Below are positions 28,452 through 42,713 of a DNA stretch of 64,000 bases, one piece after another. The position numbers and the translations under genes were made by a program. How positions within the stretch are numbered: position 1 is the first letter of the stretch; each line of letters opens with the position of its first letter. Location of the stretch: NCBI RefSeq assembly GCF_009914755.1, contig NC_060934.1. One strand, 5' to 3'. This DNA comes from the human T2T-CHM13v2.0 reference genome, Homo sapiens. Under the pieces are notes generated by a model, which was not told the origin of the DNA, did no database searches, and saw only the letters and a program-made list of their open reading frames with translations.

Positions 28452-30981
28452 GACATTACCTAATTTTATTTACCTGAAAATATTTGTTGTCTCCCCAAGG
28501 TGCATATATAGGAAGTCACTACAGAGTTTTGACACTATCAGCTTTCTCTTTTTAGTAAAACTTAAATGTGTTAGGTGACTAGAGCAAAAGGAGAGCTCTA
28601 GTTCATATGTATTATATGGATATGGCATAATATCATTCCTCATCTGGTATCTGTCTGAATAGCCACATCTATCAAATCTATTGTTTGCTCTAAGTATAAA
28701 ACCAGCTTAATGGGGTGATTTGTTTAAAACAAAACATTTTTAAAGTTTCTATTTTTTAAAGCTGTGTATTATGAGCAGAAAAATCATTTTCCATCCTATG
28801 GCATATATTTCAGAAGAACTTTCTTATATTCTAAGGAGCAAAAGCCATCATTACACATCTCACAATCCGATATCACCTTTTATATCTATCTCCCCACCTC
28901 CAAAGATGTAATTGATTTTTAAACTCCATTTATAAAAATTAAGCTGGTATTTTCCAAATTGTAAGATTAAAATTGGTAATATTTGACTTGAATACAGAGT
29001 GCCATGACCGCTGATTCTTGCTATTTCTAGCAACAGGGAAAGGGGAGGATTTTTGGGATTTTTTGCAAGTGATGAGAATGGTAGATGGCTTGCATCTTGG
29101 TATGTAGTGCTTACTGTCACATAGGAGAGTCCCAGCAGAAAGATGACCATGTATGCAGGACATAATACACAGAAAACAAGAAAGAGTACGGGTAGAGTGA
29201 GCTCTTTTTTCATCAGGAAATTAGAAATTTAGAAGACATGCTGCAGATGGAAGAGTGTTGAATAGCATTGGTTAGAAACAATGCCTATGGTACTGGACAA
29301 GAGTAATATATTAGTTGGACCATAAATACGTAAAATGCATTTGGCTAGAACATATGTATTGTATAATCAAAGACTTAGATTTGTGTGGTGGGTAATATTT
29401 TCTGTGTTTAGTAGACATGAAATTTATCAATTTAGAAGATTTAGCCAATAGCCTTTTTGTCAGAAAAATAAGAAGAGCCCTAGAGGAGACTCTATATCCC
29501 TAAAACCAGATAACTTAATTGTGCAAAGAACGTAGCTGATGTCTGAACAAACAGGCAAACATTTCTGCTAAGAACAGAATAGTGAGGACATCCTGTCATT
29601 GCTAGATGACTTCAATAAGGGACTCCTTCCTTACCACCAGTATTGTGAAGATGACAATAAACCATATTCAAATACAGTACATCATAATACAACATTGAAC
29701 TCATTTATTGCCTGTGCTATGATTACCATCCCTGTACTTTGCACGTCTAACTTAAGCCCATATAGAGCATACAACTCAAGTGAAACAGCTTCTGGGAAGG
29801 CTAGAAACTATGCTCTGTGACTTGAATACTCAATGCAACCAAGCCTGCCTCTAAAGAACAAGGGCATCAAAACCTGATGTGAAGAATGAAGACTAGAGGT
29901 GGTCTCCAGAAATTTTTAGATAATTTAAATTCAAGTTCCTTTTGGATACCATAAAAATGGGGAAGGTTCTCTGTGAATGTAACTGAATCTGTGTTTCCTT
30001 GACAAATTTGTGCACTAAGGCATATTCAAATGGTTTAAAAAATAAAAGAAGGAGATATATTTTTACTCATATATGTTGGTGGAGGATATCAATACTAATT
30101 ATCTCAGTACACATTTCTATGAGGTCAGTTACATATGTATGACTTTTTTTGTAAACTGATATTTAAAATTTCTCTCACTTACGATAGTGATTTTCTCCCT
30201 GATTTTATTCAAAGCTTTTCTCCCTCTCCATACTTTAAGTTTCTCATGAATTCCTTATTTATGTTAAACACATCATAACCCAAACAATAGCTATGCAAAA
30301 TGCATTTTTTTCTTGCTTTTCTAGCTTGTTAAGGCCTTTATTTTGAGAAATTATGACCATACGCTTCTATTAATTTTGCTTCAACTTTTCCAGCCTTTTC
30401 AACTACCTTTGATTGGAGGATGATGAAATTACATTACTCTGAAATTAAACAGAAAAATCAGATATGACAAGTCCCTTCTTGGATAGGTTGTATTATATGA
30501 AGAACAAGAAGTTATAGAAAAAAAAATGAGCATAGTCAAATTATAGGATTTGTTTTTTGGTTTCTTAAAAAGCACCTTATAACGGAGAGTAATTCTCATT
30601 TAAAAAAATACTGTTCCGTGGAATTATAGAATGTTAAATAGACTAAACTAGAATATCTGGGCCAACACTCTCATTTAAGAGATGAGATAACTTTGTCTCA
30701 GAAAAAGGAGCAGTGCCTTTGTGAAACACATGGCTAATTTGTGGCAGCACTAACATGAAAACTTCAGTTTCCTGATTACACACTGTCATTAATATGGTAA
30801 TTGCACTAACACCAGCATGAGCCATATTAAACATATGCTTCTAATTGCATGTAGCTACACTGTTTCCTTATATCCCAATATTACTCTTTTTTAATAAAAA
30901 GTCAAAACAAATAAAAATACTTGTATGTGTAAGTCTATAGAAAGTATATATTGTTCTCCTTAGCAGTCACCTTTTCAAATA

Positions 30982-31307
30982 CAGATGCTCCTCAACTTAT
31001 GATGGGTTTATGTCCATATAAACCTAATTTAAGTTAAAAATATCTTAAGTGAAAAATGTATTTAATATGCTGAATACACCAAACATCATAAGTGAGCCTA
31101 ACATACCTTAAACATGAGCAGAACATTTGGATTAGACTGGCTGGGTGGGAGCTGCAACTTGCCAGAGTATCATATTGCGTATCACTCATTTAGGAAAAGA
31201 TCACAATTCAAAAATTTAAGTGTAGTTTATATTAAATGCTGTTGCTTTCTCACCATCGTAAAGTAAAAAAATTGTAAGTTGGACTATGATAAGTTGGAGA
31301 CTGTCTG
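30982..31307. mobile_element. MER47 (Tigger5-derived, TcMar) non-autonomous DNA transposon
   Basis: TIRs cagatgctcctcaactta ... taagttggagactgtctg, with TA on the left flank. Confidence 0.8.
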
Positions 31308-32380
31308 CATAATTGTTTCAGTGTTAATCGTTTGTTGTCTTTTACACATTCATGTTCCTTGAATACTCTTTTTTTGGATTCCATTCCTGAACTTATTAGC
31401 TTCAATGTATAAATCAGACATGTGATATTATTTAAGCATCCCTTGTGTAGTCATAGTTTCCCTACAATATATGATTTCTGTTCTCATTTTATAGGTAGGA
31501 ACATTATATAGGGCAAGATCAACAACTATCCTTGAGCCTCATCTAACCAGCAAAAGGGATAATGTTTGCTCAATCTCTATTAGCCTGAAAGAATTTCACC
31601 CACGTTTTGTACTTGATTTACTTTCAGCTGTTCTTTAGGAACAATTTCAAGCCATAGTGCCTTTAAGATACTTCCTCTGAACCCCAAAATATAAAGCCAC
31701 ACATATAATATCTCTCTATGCATCCCAGAGTAACTCACATGTATCTCCTTTGCTTCGGATACATTACCCTTACTGTACAGTTCTCTATTTAATTTTTGGT
31801 GTTTTTCTGTTTCTGTTTTGTTTTGATTTATAGTAAATACTAAACAAATGCTTGCTGAATGGCTTGGCCATAACTTTGACTTTAGACTGCAGGACTTGTC
31901 TACATTTCTCCTCTTGCATTGTCCTCCAACCATAGGTAACCCAACAGATTTGAGTTTAAACATTACTTTCATATGAAATATGAACTACGATTTTCTTCCA
32001 GAAAACCAAGCAACATTGCAAATCTTATACAACCTTCCCATTTGAGGATACCACTGAAATGCTCATAAATTCTATGAGGTTTGGGAAAAAAAAAAGGCTC
32101 TGTAACATTTGAGAATTCATTCTGCTTCTTGTCATCACTGGGACTATTTTCACCTTTGTCTTTCCTAAGTGGAACTGTAGCCCTCATTCTTCAGAAGCAT
32201 AACAAGGGGGACATGTATTTATTCTTCCATCTAATACATGATTAATAATGATCTATACTCCTCTCGTTTTGAGTTGAATAATTTACGTATCCATACTTTC
32301 TAATATTCTCTATGTTCGTTCCAATTTTTAAACCATTCATTACTTCAGAAAGACGCGACAATGAAAAACAAAAATTTCTC

Positions 32381-32713
<333 letters not shown>

Positions 32714-33923
32714 TCAGGACATGTGTGACTGTGGCATTCCTAAGAAGCATTTTATACAAATTAGCATGAGCCTTAGTCTTCTCAAAGTAATTATTCCCTG
32801 AATACTTTTATTTTTCAACCATAGAAACCAATTTATTGAACCCGCAGAATACACAAAGCCTTCACTAACAAGTGTGAATTGAGAATTGTGAATTTCTACT
32901 TTGGAAACAAGTTTGATGAATAAGAATCATAGAGTAAACACAGTGTTTCTATCATCTTTTAGTAATTATGCAGTTGTACCAGAATGGAATATACACAACT
33001 ATTTTCCAAACAAGAGGCAGTTGAAAACTGCCAAAAGATTTGAGGCTTCATCTTGGCTTTGTAAATGTAATGATGAATTATTTTGATATAGTAACCCACA
33101 GTCTATTGACTGATGACCATCATATCATTAGGAATAATAAAAAAGTGCCTTAAAATCATACTGCCTGCCAATGAAGCCCCATTCTTCTCATGAGTGGGTC
33201 TGTGGCATTTCCTCTTCTGTTATGATCCTCATTTCATGTGCATGTATTATAAACTTTATTAGAACTGATGGTACAAATGATGCCCTCTTTCACACTTCTA
33301 AGATGTGGTAAAAGACTCTTATCCATAACCTAGAAGAGTTAAATTCTTGCATCTTACCAATCTCAATTTTCCATGCTATTTAGAGTTGAATTTTTCAACA
33401 TTATATAGAGGCTTGTCCAAATTTCATACTTTTTGCTTAACTTTATCTTTGCTTCCTGATTCTATTGCCTCAATATATACCCTCACGAACTTTTATTATT
33501 TTTATTTTTATTTATTTTTTTTTACTTTTTAACTTTTAAGTTCAGGGGTACATGTGAAGGTTTGTTGTATAGATAAACTCATGTCCCAAGGGTTTGTTGT
33601 ACAGATTATTTTGTCACTCAGGTATTAAGCCTAGTAGACATTAGTTATTTTTTTCTGGTGCTCTCCCTCCTCCTTTCCTCCTTTCTCTGGTAGGACCAAG
33701 TGTCTGTTGTTCCCCTCTATGTGTCCATGTGTTCTCAACATTTAGTTCCCACTTATAAGTGAGAACATATAGTATTTGTTTGTCTGTTACTGCCCTAGTT
33801 TGCTAAAGATAATCACCTCTAGCTCCATCCATGTTCTGATAAAAGACTTGATCTCACTCTTTTTATGGCTGCATAGTATTCCATAATGTTTATGTACCAC
33901 ATTTTTTTCATTCAGTCTAACAC

Positions 33924-36530
33924 TGTATTAGTCCACTCTAGAACTGGCATAAAAAAACTACCTCTGACTGGGTAATTTCTAAAGAAAATAGTTTTAGTTG
34001 ATGCAAAGTTCCGCAGGCTGTACAGGTAGCATCTCTGGGGAGGCCTCAGGAAACTTACAACCATTGCAGAAGGCAAAAGGGAGGCAAGCACCTCTCCTGC
34101 TCCATGGTGGAGCAGAAGAGAAAGGGAGTGAAGAGGGAAGTGCAAAACACTTTCAAACAATCAGATCTTGTGAAAACTCACTCACTATCATGAGATGAGC
34201 AAGAAGAAAATCCTAACCCATGATTCAATTGCCTCCCAGCAGGCTCCGCCTCCAACACACAGGTATTACAATTCAACATGAGATTTGGGTGGGAAAACAG
34301 AGCCAAACAATATCATTCCACCTTGGCCCTTCCCAAGTCTCATGTCCTTCTCATTTTTAAATCATGACCATGCCTTTTCAACAGTCCCCCAAAGTCTTGA
34401 CTCATTCCAGCATTAAGTCAAAAGTCCAAGCCCAAAATCTGATCAGAGGCAAGGCAAATCCCTTCCACTTATGGGCCTGTAAAATTCAAAACAAGTTAGC
34501 TATTTCCAAGTTAAAATGTGGGTACAGGCATTGGGTAAATGCTCCTATTCCAAAAGAGAGAAATTGGCCAAAACAAGGGAGCTATAGGCCCTATGCAATT
34601 CCAAACCCAGCCGGGCAGTCATTAAATCTCAAAGCTTAAAGTATTTTACAGGCTCGTATGTGGAAAGGAGTTGCCTTGTCTCAGATAAGATTTTGGACTT
34701 GGACTTTTGAGTTAATGCTGGAAAGAATTAAGACTTTGGGGGATTATTGGGAAGACATGATTGTGTTTTATAATGTGAGAAGGACATAAGATTTGGAAGG
34801 GGCCAGGGGTGGAATGATATGTTCGACTCTGTGTCCCTACCCAAATCTCATGTTGAATTATAATACCCACAATCTTCTTTGACACCACAATCTTCTTTCT
34901 CACATCCAGGCCACACTGATGTAAGGGTGAGCTCCCAAGGCCTTGGGAAGCTCCACCTCTGTGACTCTGCAGGGCACAGCCCTCATGGTTGCTTTCATGG
35001 GATTAAGTGTCTATGCCTTTTTCAGGTGCATAGTGCAAACTGTTGATGGATCAAACATTTTGGGGTTTTTAGGACAGTGGGACACTTCTCACAGCTTCAC
35101 TAGGGAGTGCCCCTGTGGGGACTCTGTGTGGGTGCTCCAACCCCATATTTCCTCTCTGCACTGCCCTAGTAGAGGTTCCATGAGGACTCCACCCCTGCCA
35201 CAGACTTCTGCCTAGACACTCAAGTATTTCCATACATCCTCTGAAATCTAGGAAGAGGCTCTCAGGCTTTAAATCCTGCTCTCCACATGCCTGCAGGCCC
35301 AACCACGTGGAAGCTGCCCAGGCTTGAGGATTGTACCCTCTGAAGCAACAGCCCAGGCTGTATTTTGGCCCCTTTTAGCCATGGCTGGAGCTGGATTGGC
35401 TGTGATGCTGGGTGCCACATCCAGAGGCAGTGCAGAGCAAAGGGTCCCTGGGTCTAGCCCATGAAACCAATTTTTTTCTCCAAGGCCTCCAGGCCTGTAT
35501 TGGGTGGGACTGGCATGAAGTCTCTGAAACACCATTGAAACATTTTCCCTATTGTTTGGCTATTAACTTTTGGCTCCACTTTGTTTATGCAAATTTATGC
35601 AGCAGGCTTGAATTTCTCTCCAGTAAATGGGGTTTTCTTTTCTACCACATGGACAGTCTGCAAATTTTCCAAACTTTTATGATCTGTTTCCCTTTTAAAT
35701 ACGAATTCCAATTTCATGACCATTTCCTTGTGAGTACATGTGAGCTTATGCTCTTAGAAGCAGCCAGGTCACAATTTGAACACTTTGCTGCTTAGAAATT
35801 TCTGCCATCAGATACCCTAGATTATCTCTCTCAAGTTCAAAGTTCCACAAATCCCTAAAGCAAAGCTACAATGCCACCAGTCACTTTGCTAAAGAATAGC
35901 AACAGTGACCTTTAACCAGTTCCTAAAAAGTTTATCATCTGAGGCCTCAGTCTGGACTTTACTGTCCACATAACTATCAGTATTTTGTGTGCAACAATTT
36001 AAAATGTCTCTAGAAGTTCAACAATGTCCTTCATCTTACAGTCTTCTGAGCCCTCCAAACGATTCCAACCTCTCACCATTACCCAGTTCAAAAGATGCTT
36101 CCACATTTTCAGGTATCTTTATAACAAAGCCCCACTTCTCTGGTACTAATTTTCTGTATTAGTACATTCTCACATAGCTAAAAAGAACTATCTGAGACTG
36201 GTCCTTTATATAAAAAAAGAGAGTGAAATTTAACTCACATATCTACAAGCTGTTCAGGTGACATGGCTGTGGAGGCCATAGGAAACTTAAAATCATGGCA
36301 GAAAGTCAAGAGGAAGCAAGCACTGTTCTCACATGGTGAAGCAGGAAGTGGGGGGGAAGTACTACACACTTTCAAACAACCAGACCTCATGAGAACTTAC
36401 AATCACAAGAACAGCAGGGGGGAAATCCGCCCCCATGATCCAATCACCTCCTCCTAGGCTCTCCTTCCACAACGCTGAGGACTACAATTCAACATGAGAT
36501 TTGGGTAGGGCCCAGAACCAAACCATATCA
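33924..36530 (-). mobile_element. MSTA-like MaLR provirus (LTRs 33924-34315 and 36155-36530) nested in the L1
   Basis: Both LTRs run tgtattag...atatca; ggtactaatttt at the internal/LTR junction; degenerate 5-bp TSD aacac/actac. Confidence 0.9.
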
Positions 36531-39346
36531 ACTACTAATGGGTATTTAGGTAGATTCCACATCTTTGCTATTGTGCATACTACAGAACTAAATATACACA
36601 TGCATGTGTCTTTATGACTGGACAATTCATATGCATTTGGGTATATGCCCAGTAATGTGATTGCTGGGTTGAATAGTAGTTCTGTTATTAGGTCTTTGAG
36701 GAATAACCACATTTTTTTCCACAATGAATGAAAAAATTTACACTCCCCCCATAGCATATAAGTGTTTTTTTTTCTCCACAACCTCATCAGCATCTGTTAT
36801 TTTTTTTTACCTTTTAAAAATAGCCATTCTGATTGGTGTAAGATGGTATCCCATTATAGTTTTGATTTGCATTTTCCTAGTGATCAGTGATGTTGAGCTT
36901 TTTAAAATATAATTGTTGGCTGCATATGTGTCTTCTTTTAAAAAGTGTCTGTTCATGTCCTTTGCTCAAGTTTTATGGTGTTGTTTATATTTTTCTTGTA
37001 CATTTGTTTAATTTCCTTAATTTGCTAGATATTAGACCTTTTTCAAGTGCATAGCTTGTAAAAATGTTCTCCTATTATGTAGGTTACCTGTTTACTATGT
37101 TGATCGTTTATTTTGCTGTGCAGAAGCTATCTAGTCTACTAAGATTGCATTTGTCAATTTTTGCTTTTGTTGCAATTTCTTTTGGCATCTTCATCATGAA
37201 CTATTTTCCCATTTATATGTCCTGCATGGTATTGCCAAGGTTGTCTTCTAGGCTTTTTTATAGTTTTGGGTTCTATATTTAAGTTTTTAATCCATCTTGA
37301 TTTGTTATTTGTATGGTGTAAGGAAGGAGTCCAGGTTTATTCTTCTGCATATGGCTAGCCATTTATCACAGCATCATTTATTAAATAAAAAATCCTTTCC
37401 TTGTTACTTGCTTTTGTTGACTTTGCTGAAGAGTAGATTGTAGTAGGTGTGTGGCCACATTTCTGGGTTCTCGATTCTGTTCCATTGGTTTATGTATCTG
37501 TTTCTGTACCATCACCATGCTGTTTTGGTTACTGTAGCCTTGTTGTATATATTAAAGTTAGGTAGTATAATGCCTCCAAATTTTTCTTTTTGCTTAGCAT
37601 TTCCTTGGCTATTCAGGCGTTTTTTTTGTTTTCACATTAATTTTAAAGTAGTTCATTATAGTTCTTTGAGGAATGTCATTGGTAGTTCCATAGGAATAGC
37701 ATTGCATTTACAAATTGCTTTGGCAGTGTGACCATCTTAACCATATTGATTCTTCTATCCATTAGCATGCGATGTTTTTCCATTTGTTTGTGTCATCTGG
37801 GAATTCTTTGAGCAGTGTTTTGTAGTTCTTCTTGCAGAGATCTTTCACCTCCCTGGTTAGCTGTATTCCTAGATATTTCATTCTTTTTGTGGCAGTTGTG
37901 AATGGGATTGCATTCATGATTTGGCACTTGGCTTGGCTTCTGATGATGTATAGACATGTTAGTGATTTTTGTATGTTTATTTTGTATCCTGAGTTTTTGC
38001 TGAAGTTGTTTATTAGCTTAAGAAACTTTTGAGCTGAGACTATGCTATGGGGTTTTCTAAATATAGGAGCGTGTCTTCTGCAAACAGGGATAGTTTGATT
38101 TCTTCTTTTTCTATTTGGATGTGTTTATTTGTTTGTTGTGCCTATTTGGTCTTGCCAGTACTTCCAATACTGTGTGTAATAGGAGTAGTGAAAGAAGGCA
38201 TCCTTGTCTTGTGCCAGTTTTCAAAGAGAATGCTTTCAGTCTTTGCCTATTCAGTATGATGTTGGCTGTGGGTTTCTCATAGATGGCTCTTATTATTTTG
38301 AGGTATGTTTCTTCAATACCTAATTTCTTGAGAGTTTTAACCTGAAGGAATGTTGAATTTCATCCAAAGGCATTTCTGCATCTATTGAGATAATCATGTG
38401 GCTTTTTTCATTAGTTATTTTTATGTAATGACTTACATGTATTGATTTGAGTATGTTGAACTAACCTTGAATTCCAAGGTTAAAGCCTACTTGATCATGG
38501 TGGATAAGCTTTTTGATGTGCTGCTGGATTTGGTCTGCCAGTATTTTGCTGTGGAGTTTTTTAAATCAGTGTTCATAATAAATATTGGCCTGAAGTTTTT
38601 TTGTTGTTGTTGTTGTACTCTGCCTGGTTTTTGTATGAGGATGATGTGGGCTTCATTGGATGAATTGGGCAGGAGTCTCTCCTCTTTAAGTTTTGTAACA
38701 GTTTAGGTAGAAATTGTACCAGAGCTTTTATGTACATTTGGTAGAAATCAGCTTTGAATCTGGCTGGTGCTGGGCTTTTTTTTTAGATTTGTAGGCTATT
38801 TATAACTGATTCAATTTAGAGCCATTAGTGGTCTGTTCAGGGATTAAATTTCTTCCTGGTTCAGTCTTGCGAGGGTATATGTGTTCAAAAATCTATCCAT
38901 TCCTTCTAGATTTTCTAGTTTATGTGCACAGATGTGTTAATAATATTCTCCAATGGTTATCTGTAATTCTTTGAGGTCTCTGGTAATATCCCATTGTTGT
39001 TTCTAATTGCATTTATTTGGATCTGTTTACTTTTTTATTATTCTAGATAGTAGTATATCTACTTTATTAAATTTACAAGAAAATAACAACTCCTGGATTT
39101 GTTGAGATTTTTTAAATTTTTTTTTTAATCTATCTCAGAGTCCTTCAGTTCAGTTCCAATTTTGGTAATTTCTTGTCCTTAGCTTTGCAGTTTGATTTTG
39201 GTTCTTTTCGTCATGATGTTAGGTAGTTAAAATGAGATCTTTCCAACTTTTTGATGTGAGCATTTAGTACTATAAATTTCCCTCTTAACACTGCCTTAGC
39301 TGTGTCCTGGAGATTCTGGTGTGTTGTATACTTGTTCTGATTGGTT

Positions 39347-39871
39347 TTAAAGAACTTCTTGATTTCTGACTTTATTATTTACCCAGAAGTCACTTAGAAT
39401 CAGGTTATTGCATTTCCACGTTATTGTATGGTTTTCAGGAAATATCTTTGTCTTGATTTCTAACTTGATTGTGCTGTGGTGCAAGATAGTGGTTGTTATG
39501 ATTTTAGGTGTTTTACCTTTGCTTAGGAGTATTTTGTGTCCAATTATGCAATCAATTTTATAGTGTGTGACATGTTTTAATAAGAAAAATGTATATTTTG
39601 TTGCTTTTGGGTGTGAAGTAATGTGGATTTCTATCAGATTCATTTGATCTAATGCTGAGTTCAGGTCCTGAATATCTTTATTAATTTTCTGCCTTGATGA
39701 TCTGTCTAAAACTGTTAATGAAGTGTGGAAATCTTCTACTATTATTGTGTGAGAGTCTAAGTCTCTTTGAAGTTCTCTAAGAACATGCTTTATGAATCTT
39801 AGTGCTCCTGTATTGGGTACATATATATTTAGGATAGTTAAGTCTTCTTGCTGAATTAAAACCTTTACCAT
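39347..39871 (-). pseudogene. L1 ORF2 endonuclease-domain remnant (174-aa open stretch)
   Basis: IQQEDLTILNIYVPNTGA...DRSSRQKINKDIQDLNSALDQ matches L1 ORF2p EN. Conserved GDFN and SDH motifs appear altered (EDFH, LHH). Confidence 0.9.
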
Positions 39872-41769
39872 TAAGTAATGCCCTTTTTTGTCTTATTTGA
39901 TTTTTATTGGTTTAAAGTCTGTTTCATCTGAAATTTAGGATTGAAACCTTATCTGTTTTCTGTTTTCCATTTGCTTGGTAGATATTTTTTCATCCATTTA
40001 CTTTGAGCCTGTGGGTATCACTGCATAAGAGATGGGTCTCTTGAACACAGCATAACAATAGGTATTGGTTCTTTATCTAGCTTGCCACTCTGTGCCTTTT
40101 AATTGGTGAACTTAGCCCATATACATTCAAGGTTAATATTGTTACGTGTCGGTGTGATTCTGTCACTGTGATATTAGCTGGATATTATGTAGACTTGTTT
40201 ATGTGGTTGCTTTATAATGTCACCAGTCTGTGTACTTAAGTGTGTTCTTGTAGTGGCTTGTAACAATATTTTCTTTCCATATATAATGCTTCCTTCAGGA
40301 GCTCTTGTAAGGCAGGTCTGGTGGTAACAAAGTCTCTCAGCATTTGCTTGTTCAAAAATATCTTATTTCTCCTTCACTTATGAAGCTTAGTTTGGCTGAA
40401 TAAAAGATTCTGGAATGAAATTTCTTTTCATTTAGAATGTTGAATATTGGACCCCAATCTCTTCTGACTTTAAAGTTTCTGCTGAGAGGTCTGCTATTAA
40501 TTAGTCTGATGAGCTTCCCTTTGTGGTGACCTGACCTTTCTCTCTAGCTGCCATTAACATTTCTTTCTTTCATTTCAACCTTGGAGAATCTGATAATTAT
40601 GTGTCCTGAAAATGATCTTTTGTGAAGTATTTTACTGGGGTTCTCAGCATTTTCTGAATTTAAATGTTGGCCTTTCCAACCTGATTGAAGATGTTCTCAT
40701 AGATGATATGCTGAACTATGTTTTCCAAGTTGCTTCCATTTTCTCCATCTCTTTCAGGGACACCAATGAGTCATAGATTTGGTCTCTACATAATTCCATA
40801 TTTCTTGGCGGTTTCGTTCATTCCTTTTCATTACTTTTTCTTTAGTCTTTTCTGACTAACTTATTTCAGAAAGCTGATCTCTTCAAGCTCTCACCTTGGT
40901 CTATTCTGCTACTAATATTTGTGATTGTATTATAAAATTCTTGTAGTGTGTTTTTCTACTCTACCAGGTTGATTATGTTCCTTTCTGTACTGGCTATTTT
41001 GTCTGTCAGCACCTGTATCATTGTATTGTGATTCATAACTTTATTGGATTGAGTTTCAACATACTCCTGCACCTCAAAGAGCTTTGTTGCTATCCATATT
41101 GTAAATTCTACTTCTGCAATTTCAGCAATCTCAGCTCACTTCAGAATCCTTGATGGAAAGGTGATGTGGTTGTCTGGAGGAAAGAATGTACTCTAGCTTT
41201 TTGAGTTGTTAGAGTTATTGCATTGGTTCTTTCTCATCTTTGTGGGCTGATGCTAATTCAATCTTTGATGTTGCTCACCATTGAAAGTTTTATTTTTCCT
41301 TTTATCCTATTTGATGACCATGAGCGTTTGATTGTGGCATAAGCCAATTGAATGGCTTTCTTTCTGGATGATTTCATGGGACCAATGTTCAGCTCCTAAC
41401 TCCTAGACTGTGTGCTCTAACTCTGGGGGACTTGTATTGGGCCCCAACTTTGTCATCTGCCTACTCAATGTAAGGAGTCCACTGTGCTAGGGTCTGAGGT
41501 GCTCCTTGACTCCTGGTCACTACACTTCAATGGGTGGTGTCAGACAAATCATGCTGCAGTGGCAGCATGGTGGGGTGCACGATCATCAGCTGTGGCAGGG
41601 TGCTGGACACTTTTATTCTTATATGCAATTTTTTTGTTTCCTGATGTTGGAGAGATTTTGGTATAGACATTACTATTAATCATATAGTCACTTTGGAGAT
41701 CATTATGGTACTCATATACCAAACTACCTTAGATCTTCCATAATTTATCATACCTTCTGACCGTTGTGA

Positions 41770-42075
41770 CAACGGAAAATTGTGGCCCATTGGCCAAATT
41801 TGGTAAGCAGACATGTGTTACTTGTACCCTTTACAATTGATAGAAAATAATTAGGAAGTTGCCAATAGTTTAAAAGGAAATTTCACAAACAAGTCTGAGT
41901 GTGTGGCTTTTCTGGAAAATATTAGAAAATGTGTTGTCAGTGAATCTGCAACTATCTCACATAGCAACAATCAGCTGGAGCTGTGTGAGGAATTCACAGT
42001 TCTCAACAGTTTTACTTTCTAACATGTGGCTTGCTCAGCTCATTTGTTTCTAATATCTGGTCTGCTGTACCATTT
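41770..42075 (+). mobile_element. MER102-like hAT-Charlie fossil
   Basis: gtggcccattggccaaatttgg..cagacatgtgtt...cacatagcaacaatcagctggagctg. Confidence 0.6.
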
Positions 42076-42713
42076 TAACATATGAGTTAAAAATAAATTA
42101 TTTAAGCAGATAGATAGGATAAGGAAGTCTTCCGTGAAGTTTACTTTTTAATGAGAAGTAGTCCCCAAATCATTTGTTTTCTAACTAAGAGCAGCCTGTA
42201 AAATTGAGCTGCAGACATGGATAAGCAAGCTGGAGCACAGGTGAATGCTGGCAGCTGTGCCAATAGTAAAAGTCTACCTGGGGGCTAGGCATGTTCAACA
42301 TGACATCTCCATCTTTCCTTTTCCTTGCCAACCACGTGTACAGTAAGGAGCACACAACGTGGAGCCAACCAAGTAAAAAATCCATTTGCATAATAAAAGA
42401 TTAGGGTGGGGTTGCAAGGTTCTTCACGCACTGTGTAAATGTCCTGCCTGGTACAACCAATCTTTGAGACCTATGTAAATCAGACACCACCTCCTCAAGC
42501 CAGTCTATAAAACCCCAAGTGCTTCACTGTAGGACCGGAAGTCCCACTCAAGTGCCCCTCTCTTTCGCAGGAGACAGAGCTATTCTCTTCCCTCTTTCTT
42601 TTACCTGTTAAACCTCCACTCCTAAACCCACTTATTGTGTGTTTGCATCCTTGACTTCCTTGGTGCAAGACAATGAACCTCAGGTATTTACCCCAGACAA
42701 CGATGCTGCTTCA
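42076..42713 (+). mobile_element. PABL-type ERV1 solo LTR
   Basis: gagttaaaataaattattt..gcagatag, gagcagcctgtaaaa, TATA-like ctataaaa at about 42506, end ccccagacaacgatgctgcttca. Perfect 4-bp TSD ATTT (42072-75 / 42714-17). Confidence 0.78.

Larger units (their letters stand above)
33491..41610 (-). mobile_element. Near full-length old primate L1 (L1PA15/16-like), interrupted by an MST provirus
   Basis: T-rich tail then aacttttaagttcaggggtacatgtg. L1 sequence is continuous across the insertion, followed by ORF2, ORF1 and 5'-region remnants. Confidence 0.88.

Noticed and set aside
31580-31972. 130-aa ORF in non-repeat sequence
   Set aside because: No recognisable domain or codon bias, and no splice or promoter support. 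The length is plausible by chance in 64 kb of six-frame translation.
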